35,422 bases of DNA from Dokdonella sp. (GTDB lineage: Bacteria > Pseudomonadota > Gammaproteobacteria > Xanthomonadales > Rhodanobacteraceae). The position numbers and the translations under genes were made by a program. Below the pieces are notes generated by a model, which was not told the origin of the DNA, did no database searches, and was given only the letters and a program-made list of their open reading frames with translations. Positions 6,695 to 14,859 of the stretch are shown one piece after another. The stretch's first letter is position 1, and every line of letters starts with the position of its first letter. The stretch covers positions 1-35,422 of the forward strand of contig JASLGB010000242.1 in NCBI GenBank assembly GCA_030150315.1, given 5' to 3'.

Positions 6695-9040
6695 TCAGAC
6701 GAACTGCGTCACGCCGGGCAAGTTTGGTGCGCGGTCGATGATGCGCCCGTCTTGCACAAGCACGCCGTCCGTGACTGCCCAGGCCTGCTCCGGCAGCGGG
6801 CGCGCGCGGATGGTTGCGCCGTCGCTTGTCGCGACGGTCACGCTGCCGTCGCCGTTCAGCGCGGTCACGTTGCCCTTGAGGTAGCGGCTCGCTGGCATCA
6901 AGCCGGCGAGCTGTTGCCACAGGTTGCTGGATGCCGCGCCGTCGGCGCCGCCGGCGAGTGCGTTGCGGCCGCGCTCGGCGGCGACCGTGTGCTCGGTAAT
7001 CAGCGGATCGACGATCTGCGGCAACCGCGACATGCCCGCCGTGCCGTCGCGGATGACTGGGTCGCTCACGCCGACTTGCTCGCCGCTGACCAGCACATAG
7101 TCGAACCGCGGCTCCGCCGGCGGCGCTTCCAGCGTCACGGTTTGCCACACGACCAGCGCGCGCGTGCCGTTGCCGCCGTCTTCGAGCGTCGCGGCGACGC
7201 GCACGGCGGTCACTTGCGCTTTCCAGCCGTCGAGCGACACGAACTCGACGAGCTGGCCGACGCGAAGCAAGCCGGGCTTGTCGGCCGCGCTCGACGGCCA
7301 CAGCGGAATCTGCACTTCGTACACCGGCGCGCGGCTGGTCGCGTTGCGCGCGGCGAGCCGCGGCACAGTGTCGTCGTGAATCGACTTGTCGGCGGCGGTC
7401 GTGCCCCACAACCAAGGCGACACAGGCCAGCGCGGGCGAATCTCGATCACGCGCTGCCACGGATGCGCGCGCGCCACGCTGCCGCTGGCCTCGGCGATCG
7501 TGCGCAGGGCGGCGGCTGGCGTGGCGTTGTCGTAGTGCCACGCGCCGCCCGGCACTTGCCAATTCACTGCCGCGTAATCGGCGGTGAAGCCGGTCAGTTC
7601 CAGTTCGCGGTCTGCGAGCTGGTGCGCGCTGCGTTCCTCGGTTTCGATGTACGCGCGCGGCGGTGCGTAGGGCGCGTCGAGCAGCGCGCTGGTCGACCGG
7701 CCGGATGCCCGCACGCTTGCGCGGGGCCACGCAAGATCGCGCGTCCACTCTTCGACGATAGCCGTCCAAACGTGCCCGTTGATGTTGATTTCGATTTCGA
7801 TCGGATCGCCCGCCACTGGCGTCAGCCACTGCAAATCCGCAGGGTCGGCGAGCGCGATGGAAAAGGCGTGGTGCATGTCGTCGGTGCTGGTCGTGATGTC
7901 GATCGACTCGACGGCAATCGCCTGGCCGGTTGCGACTGCGATGACGTGGGCGGTATTGAGCACGGTGTAAACCCTCGGGCGCTTGTGCGCGAAGTAGCAC
8001 GCTGCCGCGCCGAAGCGCAGCGGAATCATGTGGCCGGGCAAGTCGACTCGCGGGCAGACGAATGCCAGCCCCACCGCCGCGGCGAAGGGCGGCACGTACT
8101 TGGGCGGGGCGGGCTCGGGATCCGGCGGCGTCACGGCGCCGTCGCGGATGTGCCACTGCACCGGCTTCGCCTTGCGCCACGGCAGCCACCAGCGGCGTTC
8201 GCGCACGGGCGGATGCGAGTACAGCGCCGCTGCCGCACGGGCGCGCGAGGGCGCGTGCGTCCACGGCAGCTCAGCCGCGCGCTGGTGCACGGGCGGATGC
8301 GAGTACGGCACCGCAGCCGCACGGCCCAATGACGGCGCGTGCGACCACGGCAACACCGGCTGCGTCTGGATGCGATCGGGCCGTGCCCAGGCCAGCACGC
8401 TCGATTGCGCGAGGCGCGCAGGCGCGAGCGCGAATGCGAGCGCGGTCGATCGCTGCACGCGCTGTGCGCGCTGCCACGCCAGTGCCGTGGCGGCGACGAT
8501 GGCATCGGTTGCCGACCACGGCAGAGCCGCGGCGCGCGCCACGCGCATGGCGTGCGCGAAGCCCATCGCCACGGCACGCGCGATCGGCGTCGTGCGCCCC
8601 CACGGCAGCGCCGGCGCGACGTATTCGTACCGCGTGGCTGGAATCAGCGCGACAGTGATCGTGGCCACGGCTGGATCGGACTCCAGCCCGTCGGCGTTGC
8701 GCACGATGAACGCGAACGCATCGACGCCGACGAAGCCGGCATCGGGGATGTAGCCGAAACTGCCATCCGCGTTGAGCGATAGCGTGCCGTGCGTCGGCGC
8801 CAGCGCAAGATGCGCCGTCAGCGGCTGGCCGGCGGGGTCAGCCGCGGCGGCGAGCACGCCCGGCGCAGGCACGATCAGCGGCGTGTTGCGCCAGGTGTCA
8901 TACGCCACGTCGCCAGCCACCGGCGCGTCGCCCGGCGGCGCAAACGCAATGCGCACCGCGGCGGCAAACGGGCGCTGGTACGCACCGCGCAACGCGATGC
9001 CGACAGCGGCGGCGAACGGCGGCTGGTACGTGTACGCCAC
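6695..9040 (-). CDS. tail tip/baseplate hub-like protein with Ig-like (Big_9/cadherin-like) domain
   Basis: PTHGTLSLNADGSFGYIPDAGFVGVDAFAF is an Ig-like signature. IEININGHVW...SGRSTSALLDAPYAP resembles hub proteins. Last gene of the tail module. Confidence 0.8.
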   Translation of the reverse strand: MAYTYQPPFAAAVGIALRGAYQRPFAAAVRIAFAPPGDAPVAGDVAYDTWRNTPLIVPAPGVLAAAADPAGQPLTAHLALAPTHGTLSLNADGSFGYIPDAGFVGVDAFAFIVRNADGLESDPAVATITVALIPATRYEYVAPALPWGRTTPIARAVAMGFAHAMRVARAAALPWSATDAIVAATALAWQRAQRVQRSTALAFALAPARLAQSSVLAWARPDRIQTQPVLPWSHAPSLGRAAAVPYSHPPVHQRAAELPWTHAPSRARAAAALYSHPPVRERRWWLPWRKAKPVQWHIRDGAVTPPDPEPAPPKYVPPFAAAVGLAFVCPRVDLPGHMIPLRFGAAACYFAHKRPRVYTVLNTAHVIAVATGQAIAVESIDITTSTDDMHHAFSIALADPADLQWLTPVAGDPIEIEININGHVWTAIVEEWTRDLAWPRASVRASGRSTSALLDAPYAPPRAYIETEERSAHQLADRELELTGFTADYAAVNWQVPGGAWHYDNATPAAALRTIAEASGSVARAHPWQRVIEIRPRWPVSPWLWGTTAADKSIHDDTVPRLAARNATSRAPVYEVQIPLWPSSAADKPGLLRVGQLVEFVSLDGWKAQVTAVRVAATLEDGGNGTRALVVWQTVTLEAPPAEPRFDYVLVSGEQVGVSDPVIRDGTAGMSRLPQIVDPLITEHTVAAERGRNALAGGADGAASSNLWQQLAGLMPASRYLKGNVTALNGDGSVTVATSDGATIRARPLPEQAWAVTDGVLVQDGRIIDRAPNLPGVTQFV

Positions 9041-9050
9041 GCCGCGCGCG

Positions 9051-9656
9051 CTACGCGAACGTCGCCGCGCAGGCGAGCGTGCGCTGCGTGCCGTTGCGGG
9101 CAGTGACGATCACGTCCCACGCGTAGCTGCCCGCCACGGTGCTGCCGCTGGCGACGACCCAGAACCCGGCGTGATCGAACTCCGGCGGCTCGCCGACGAC
9201 GATCGCAAACGAGATGCCCGGCGGCGGCGTGCCGGTGGTCGTGACGACGTGCGCATCACCGCCATACAGCGCAAGGCCGCCGGTGAGCGTGCGCGCGGCG
9301 TTGTTGACGCCGAATGCGCCGGCCAGCGATTGCACGTCATACGGCATCGGCCGGAGGCCGCCCCAGATCACGTCGTTGTAAGTGCCGCTCCAGTCGCGGC
9401 CGATGATATCGAACTCGTCCGCCGACGGCAGGCCATCAAAGCGATATAGCCCGTTCGAATCGGAAAACGTGCGTGCAACAACCGTGCGCGTGACGCGATG
9501 CCTGCACTCGATTTCGCGCGCGGCGGGCGCGCTATTGACTGTCACAAGCCAGTTCTGCAGCGCGCCGCAGATATAACCGCGCGCCAGCGGCGCGGACGAC
9601 CAATTTGCAGTTATGCAGCGACCGAAGCGACCGAGGACTCCAGATTTGATCACCAC
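9051..9656 (-). CDS. putative tail fiber-associated protein (beta-sandwich/Ig-like)
   Basis: RTFSDSNGLYRFDGL...DWSGTYND and GTPPPGISF. Position in the tail module. Confidence 0.65.
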   Translation of the reverse strand: MVIKSGVLGRFGRCITANWSSAPLARGYICGALQNWLVTVNSAPAAREIECRHRVTRTVVARTFSDSNGLYRFDGLPSADEFDIIGRDWSGTYNDVIWGGLRPMPYDVQSLAGAFGVNNAARTLTGGLALYGGDAHVVTTTGTPPPGISFAIVVGEPPEFDHAGFWVVASGSTVAGSYAWDVIVTARNGTQRTLACAATFA

Positions 9657-10654
9657 GACTCACCGGCCTCTACGCAAAGCTGCCCGAGATTCACAAGCGC
9701 GTTAGACGCGGCAACGTGATGCTTGACCGCAATCAGCCTGCTCCCAGGGGAAAATCCAAGAGCCGATGGGTAGACCGTACCCATCGCATCCGCGCTCACG
9801 TTTTGCTGCGGCACATACACGCCGCGCAGCCGGCCAGCAATCACGCCGCTAACGAGCAGCACGGCACTGTGAAACAGCGTGTGCCCGGCCGGCGTGGGGT
9901 TAGGCATTTGCATTTGTGCGCCGCCAATGGCGGCCGACGCCGCGGATGGCTTGTTTAGAGACTGCAAGCTCGCCGCGGCCGGGACGGCGGCGCGCGATAC
10001 ATCGCGCATCACAAACAACCCGTTTTGGAACGCCGCATTGTCCATTTGACATGGCCCAAACCGACAGCCAGCAGAAGTCGCTGAGTTGCTCGGTGTATCA
10101 CTTCCGGCGATGACGCAAGGCCACGGCTGCGCCGGATCGTCGCAGTCATAGTCTCCCGCATGCCCAGCGTAATGCCCGGCCTGCGTCCCTGATGTGAGGT
10201 ATCCCGGCCACACGCCCAGCGTCACCGTGCGCTCATCAGCCACAAGCACCCAGGCCCGCGCAGTGCCGGTCAAGTCAATGGACTTGCGCCACACGTGACC
10301 GCTGGGCACTGCCGCAACGGGGGGCGTCGCCTCGGTGCCGGTGTTGGCATCGCTCATCGTTGCGTACAAGCGCACCAGCATCTCGCGCGCGCCACCCGCC
10401 CCGGTGCCGTTGTCATCAACGCGCAGGTAGCAGCCAGAACCCCCCGCCGCGAGCGAGTTGCGGAACACGCACACGTTGTTCGGCGCGTCTTCGAATGCGA
10501 TGGTCCAGCCTGCACCCTGCTTTGCGCCGCCACCGCTGCCGTAGCCGTTGACGAGGCACGCTTTGAGCCATGCGATGCCGCTACCCACCTGCCCCGTCAA
10601 CACCGGCGCGCCGGCGTCGGTAGATCGGAATTCCCGCGTCGTCGTCAGTGCCAT
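9650..10654 (-). CDS. putative tail fiber / receptor-binding structural protein
   Basis: N-terminal STDAGAPVLTGQVGS...LKACLVNGYG...GW motif, seen in siphophage tail proteins. Confidence 0.7.
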   Translation of the reverse strand: MALTTTREFRSTDAGAPVLTGQVGSGIAWLKACLVNGYGSGGGAKQGAGWTIAFEDAPNNVCVFRNSLAAGGSGCYLRVDDNGTGAGGAREMLVRLYATMSDANTGTEATPPVAAVPSGHVWRKSIDLTGTARAWVLVADERTVTLGVWPGYLTSGTQAGHYAGHAGDYDCDDPAQPWPCVIAGSDTPSNSATSAGCRFGPCQMDNAAFQNGLFVMRDVSRAAVPAAASLQSLNKPSAASAAIGGAQMQMPNPTPAGHTLFHSAVLLVSGVIAGRLRGVYVPQQNVSADAMGTVYPSALGFSPGSRLIAVKHHVAASNALVNLGQLCVEAGESW

Positions 10655-12441
10655 CAGTGTGCATTCCCGTAGGTGTTGAGCCGCGTTGCGTCATTCGGCT
10701 GCGTGATCGGCCCCGGCGTCACAACGCGCGCGAGCCACAGCGGGCGCGTCGCGCTGATCGCGTTGAAGCGCACGAGGTTGTTGGCCGCCCAGCCGCCGCC
10801 CCAACCTTCCTTGCGGATCGTGAAGAAGGGCTTGCCGGCGGGGTTGTCGACCGTCATCGTCACCGGGTTGATCGGCGCGATGTCCGCTGTGATCGAGACG
10901 CCGGAAAGCACCTGGCCGGACTTCTCGCCGATCACATCCACGGTCGTCGGCGACTTGAAGACGATGGCCCACCGCTCATCGATTGCCGCATCGTTGCTGA
11001 CTTCGATCGGATACAGCACCGTGTTGTACGTCGCCGGCGCAACCGCGCCGGCGACGACATCGCTCCACACGCCGGGCTGGTAGGTCTGCTGATCGAACAC
11101 GTTCGCGATGCGCGACTGCGTCGTGTCGTGCAGGATCGCCGCGGACGCGATCGTGCCGGCCGGGTAGTTGTGCGTGAGCGGCGTGGCGAGCGTGATTTCG
11201 CCGGTGATCTGCACGTCCGCGACGAGCGCAATATCGTGGATGCGGTGGCGGATGCGGATCGGCAGCGTGTACGCGCTGAGGTTAAGCGGGCTGGCCCACG
11301 TCAGCGTGCCGGCGTCGAGATCCAGCGTGTACCAGATTTGATCGACCGGCTTGTTTGCGGCATCGAACACTTCGGCAAACCCGATGCGCTCGCGGCCAAG
11401 GTTCACGACGCCGCCGGCGACGGGCGCGGCGACGGCGGTCACGTCGGTATGCGACACGACAACCGGCCAGCCCGGGTTGAACCCCAGCACGCGGCCGTCG
11501 CTCGGCATGCGCACCGGGTCGATGCCGATCAGCGACGGATCAACGGGAATCGACTGCACAAGCACCGCGCCGAAAAACACGCTGCCGGGGTCGACCATGG
11601 CCGGCCGCCAAATCTTGCCGCCGGCGTCGATGAGATCCGCGTTGTACCAGGGCTGCGTTTCGTTGCCGGCCGCGGTCACGCGGTCGCCGAATACAACGCG
11701 CGCAAGGCCCGTCACCCAGTCGACCGTGCCTTCCATCCGCGCCCCGCTGATCGTGCCGTTGATGTCGGCGGTGCCGGTGAGTTCGGTGCCGTCCATCGTC
11801 GTCGCGCGCAGCGTGAAACTGCCCTCGGACAGCGGCGAGCCGGGCGCGCGGAACATGACGCCGGAGACGCCGAATTCCGCGTAGCGCGTGGCCAGCGAAA
11901 CAATCGTGACGGTGTTGCCGCCGGTGCTGCCGTAGCTGGTCAGCGTGGCGACGTTGCCGCTGTAGTCGTAGCTGCCGCCGAGCGTGCCGGCGTTTGTCGT
12001 TGGGTCGATGTCGTAGTACAGCGAGCCGCCGCGGTCGACGTAGGTGCGACCGCGAAACGTGAAGCGCACGGAGCCCGGCACGCCCGGGCCGGCGGCACCG
12101 GCGCCGAGGTAGATGCGCATGGGCGGCGCGCCGTGGCCTTCCGTCGTGGCAGTGACGGATGCGCCCGCCTCGATGTAGCGCACGACCAGCGGCTGCCCGG
12201 CCTCGAACTTGTACGTCGGCAGCATCGGCACAGATGGCTCTTGCGGCACCGCGACTTGCGAGTCACCGGGCGTCGGCAGCGTGCCGCCGGCGCCGGGGTC
12301 GCCGGGCAGCGGGTGGTACACGTAGCCGGGCATGATGCCGCGCACGGGCTGGCCGCCGCTGCCGTTGTTGGGCGGCTGCGTGTTCCACGGCGACGGCGCG
12401 CCGCCGGGCGGGGTTGGGAGTTTCCAGATTCCGGTTGCCAT
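10654..12441 (-). CDS. virion structural (tail) protein, C-terminal half of a split pair
   Basis: IGIDPVRMPSDGRV, AIDERWAIVF, GWGGGWAANNLVRFN. TAATG/TGATG coupling at both ends. Confidence 0.8.
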   Translation of the reverse strand: MATGIWKLPTPPGGAPSPWNTQPPNNGSGGQPVRGIMPGYVYHPLPGDPGAGGTLPTPGDSQVAVPQEPSVPMLPTYKFEAGQPLVVRYIEAGASVTATTEGHGAPPMRIYLGAGAAGPGVPGSVRFTFRGRTYVDRGGSLYYDIDPTTNAGTLGGSYDYSGNVATLTSYGSTGGNTVTIVSLATRYAEFGVSGVMFRAPGSPLSEGSFTLRATTMDGTELTGTADINGTISGARMEGTVDWVTGLARVVFGDRVTAAGNETQPWYNADLIDAGGKIWRPAMVDPGSVFFGAVLVQSIPVDPSLIGIDPVRMPSDGRVLGFNPGWPVVVSHTDVTAVAAPVAGGVVNLGRERIGFAEVFDAANKPVDQIWYTLDLDAGTLTWASPLNLSAYTLPIRIRHRIHDIALVADVQITGEITLATPLTHNYPAGTIASAAILHDTTQSRIANVFDQQTYQPGVWSDVVAGAVAPATYNTVLYPIEVSNDAAIDERWAIVFKSPTTVDVIGEKSGQVLSGVSITADIAPINPVTMTVDNPAGKPFFTIRKEGWGGGWAANNLVRFNAISATRPLWLARVVTPGPITQPNDATRLNTYGNAH

Positions 12442-14372
12442 TACTGATCCACCGTCAGCGCCACGGCGCCGGTTGCGTAGTTGATGGAGTCACCCACGCC
12501 GAGCGCGGGCGAGAAGCCGCCTGAGCCGTTGTCGGTGACGACGTAGCCGCGCGAGTAGCTGACGCCGCCGGTGAGCGCTGGCGCGTAGATGACCCAGCTC
12601 GCGACCACGCTGTTGGATTTCGCCGGATGCGCGAGCGTGATCGACACGCCGTGGCCGGCGGGCGTCGGCGTGAAGATTTCCGTGTGCTGCTTGTCCGGGG
12701 GCACGTAGCTGTAGGCGTACTGAATCAGCGTGCCGCTGTCCGGCGTCGCCGGCATCGTGAATTCCGCGATGCTGGTCGTGCAATCGAAGCTGCCGGTGGC
12801 GTCTCCGCTGATCGCGCCGGATGCGTTGACCGTCGCAGACTTCGCCGCACCGCTGCTCGTCCAGCTCATCGTCAGCGTGCCCGGCTGCGCGCCGGCATGA
12901 TCGAGCTGTTGCCGCAGCGTCGGCGCCGGCACCGTCACTTCGCCGCTGCTGTTGCGCGCGCGCAGGTCCGTGCCCCAGGCGTACACCAGCGCGGAGCCGA
13001 CATCCGGCAATGCGCCGAGCGTGACCGCGACGGAGCCGGTTGCGTAGTTGATCGTTGCGCTGCCCTCGCCCGCGTTGCCGACGAGCCTTCCGCGACCGTT
13101 GTCGACGAGTCGAATCCACTTGCCGAGCGCGCGGTAATCGATGACGACAGTGCCGGGGTTCGGGCGGCCAGGAATCTGGAACACGTAGCTCAGCGCGCGG
13201 TTGTTCGCCGTGATCTGATGCGCGTGCGAATACGCCTGCTCAACGACGATGCCGGCTGCCGTGGCGCTGGCCGTGGCCGTGCCGCTGAACCCCACATCGC
13301 GCGCAATCGCGAAGCCACCCGCGCCGTAATCGCAGGTGCCTGACCAGCCGGTGTTGACCGGGTCCACGGCCTCGATGCCGCCGTGGCCATCGTCGCGCAG
13401 CGCGACACTGCCGACGCTGATCGACAGCGTGCCCGGGCAGAACGGCGTGCCGAAGTAGCGCTGCACCGCGACGTTCGCCGCGCCGCTCAGGCTGCCGCTG
13501 AACGTGAGCGCGCCGGCGGCACTGCAGGCGATGTAGCTGCGCGAGCCGAGGCCGGCGAGCTGATCGACGACCGGCGTTTCCGATTGCGTGCTCGGCACCG
13601 CCGGCACGAACGGCGTGCCGACGTGCACCACGGTGTCGCCGATCTGCGGCGGCACGGTGCAGGCCTTGAGCCCGAAGTATCGCGCCGCGTCGGAGACCTG
13701 GGTGAAGCGCACCAGCGTTGGCGAGGTGGTGTTGGCCTGAATGCGCACCGGGTCTTCCTGCCCCGGAAAGGCCGTCGTCAGCGGCGCGGTGATCTTGATG
13801 ACGAGGATGTCGCGCTCGAAGTCGCCGCTGCCATCGGTGAAGATCGCGGTGATGCGCGACTCGACTTTTTCGACTTTGACGAACTGCTCGGCAGGCGGGT
13901 AGCCGGCGCGCTCGATCGACAAGCACAGCACGTCGCCGACGTCCGGCGATGCGATTTCCTTGCGGCAGTACACCATCAGCGTGCGCATGCCGGGCAGGTG
14001 CTGGCCGTACAGCGTCAACTGCGATTTCGTGCCGCGCGTGCGGTAGTTTTCGTACGCGCTGCGCGCCTGCGCGCGCTCATCCGTCGGCGAACCAGTGTCG
14101 AACAGCAGCACCGACACGTTCGCGTTGACGGGCAGGTCGGTGAGGTAGACAAACGGCTTCAGGAACGGGTCGGTGTTGGCCGTGGCGACTTGCAGAAACA
14201 CCTTGCGCAGGCTGACGTTGCCGATGATTCCATCCGCGTCGGAGAGGTCGGAAAACACGTTGTTGATCTGCCCGTCGACCACCTCGACGGCGGACATGCG
14301 GCCGCCGCCGTCGGTGAAGTCGGTCATGCGTTCAGACTGGCGAAACTTGAGGTCGAGCGAAGTGATGGTCAT
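12441..14372 (-). CDS. virion structural (tail) protein, N-terminal half of a split pair
   Basis: SERMTDFTDGGGRM...NNVFSDLS...VSLRKVF N-terminus and repeated G.INYATG motifs. Confidence 0.82.
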   Translation of the reverse strand: MTITSLDLKFRQSERMTDFTDGGGRMSAVEVVDGQINNVFSDLSDADGIIGNVSLRKVFLQVATANTDPFLKPFVYLTDLPVNANVSVLLFDTGSPTDERAQARSAYENYRTRGTKSQLTLYGQHLPGMRTLMVYCRKEIASPDVGDVLCLSIERAGYPPAEQFVKVEKVESRITAIFTDGSGDFERDILVIKITAPLTTAFPGQEDPVRIQANTTSPTLVRFTQVSDAARYFGLKACTVPPQIGDTVVHVGTPFVPAVPSTQSETPVVDQLAGLGSRSYIACSAAGALTFSGSLSGAANVAVQRYFGTPFCPGTLSISVGSVALRDDGHGGIEAVDPVNTGWSGTCDYGAGGFAIARDVGFSGTATASATAAGIVVEQAYSHAHQITANNRALSYVFQIPGRPNPGTVVIDYRALGKWIRLVDNGRGRLVGNAGEGSATINYATGSVAVTLGALPDVGSALVYAWGTDLRARNSSGEVTVPAPTLRQQLDHAGAQPGTLTMSWTSSGAAKSATVNASGAISGDATGSFDCTTSIAEFTMPATPDSGTLIQYAYSYVPPDKQHTEIFTPTPAGHGVSITLAHPAKSNSVVASWVIYAPALTGGVSYSRGYVVTDNGSGGFSPALGVGDSINYATGAVALTVDQ

Positions 14373-14375
14373 GGG

Positions 14376-14783
14376 TTACACCTGTTTGAGCCGAAGCGTG
14401 AGCGCGTACGGCCGGGCGGACTGGACGGCTGGATCAGCGCTGACGAGGTACTCGACCGGCGAAAACTCCACGCCGAGGTCTGCATGCCGCCACATGACTT
14501 GGAACGTGCGGCCATCGATCAGCACCAGCGGCATCGCGCCGCCGATGTTGGATGCCGCCAGCGCGCGCAACGCCTCGACTTGCCCGTACTGCAGCCAGAC
14601 GTGCTGATCGCCGCGCGCAACGAGAGTGATGGGCCGCCCGGCCTGCATCGCAGAGCCTTGCCGAACGATGGCGCCGGTGATCGTGACCGTATCGACCACG
14701 CCGACCGGCACCCACTTGCCCTCGTCTTCCCACTCGATGTCGGGCGGCAGCGCGATGCCAGCGAGTGTGCAGATGCCAGCCAT
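14376..14783 (-). CDS. distal tail / minor tail protein
   Basis: LPPDIEWEDE...TITGAIVRQ...AGRPITL, located just downstream of the tape measure gene. Confidence 0.75.
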   Translation of the reverse strand: MAGICTLAGIALPPDIEWEDEGKWVPVGVVDTVTITGAIVRQGSAMQAGRPITLVARGDQHVWLQYGQVEALRALAASNIGGAMPLVLIDGRTFQVMWRHADLGVEFSPVEYLVSADPAVQSARPYALTLRLKQV

Positions 14784-14859
14784 CAGTCGGCACCCTCATG
14801 CGCAGAAAGCGAGATCGTTATCGATTTCTCCAGATCGCTCACTCCACTCCCCTTCACAG

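Noticed and set aside
6695..10654. Diversity-generating retroelement or invertible tail-fiber switch
   Set aside because: No reverse transcriptase, no template/variable repeat pair and no inverted fiber copy seen in the window.
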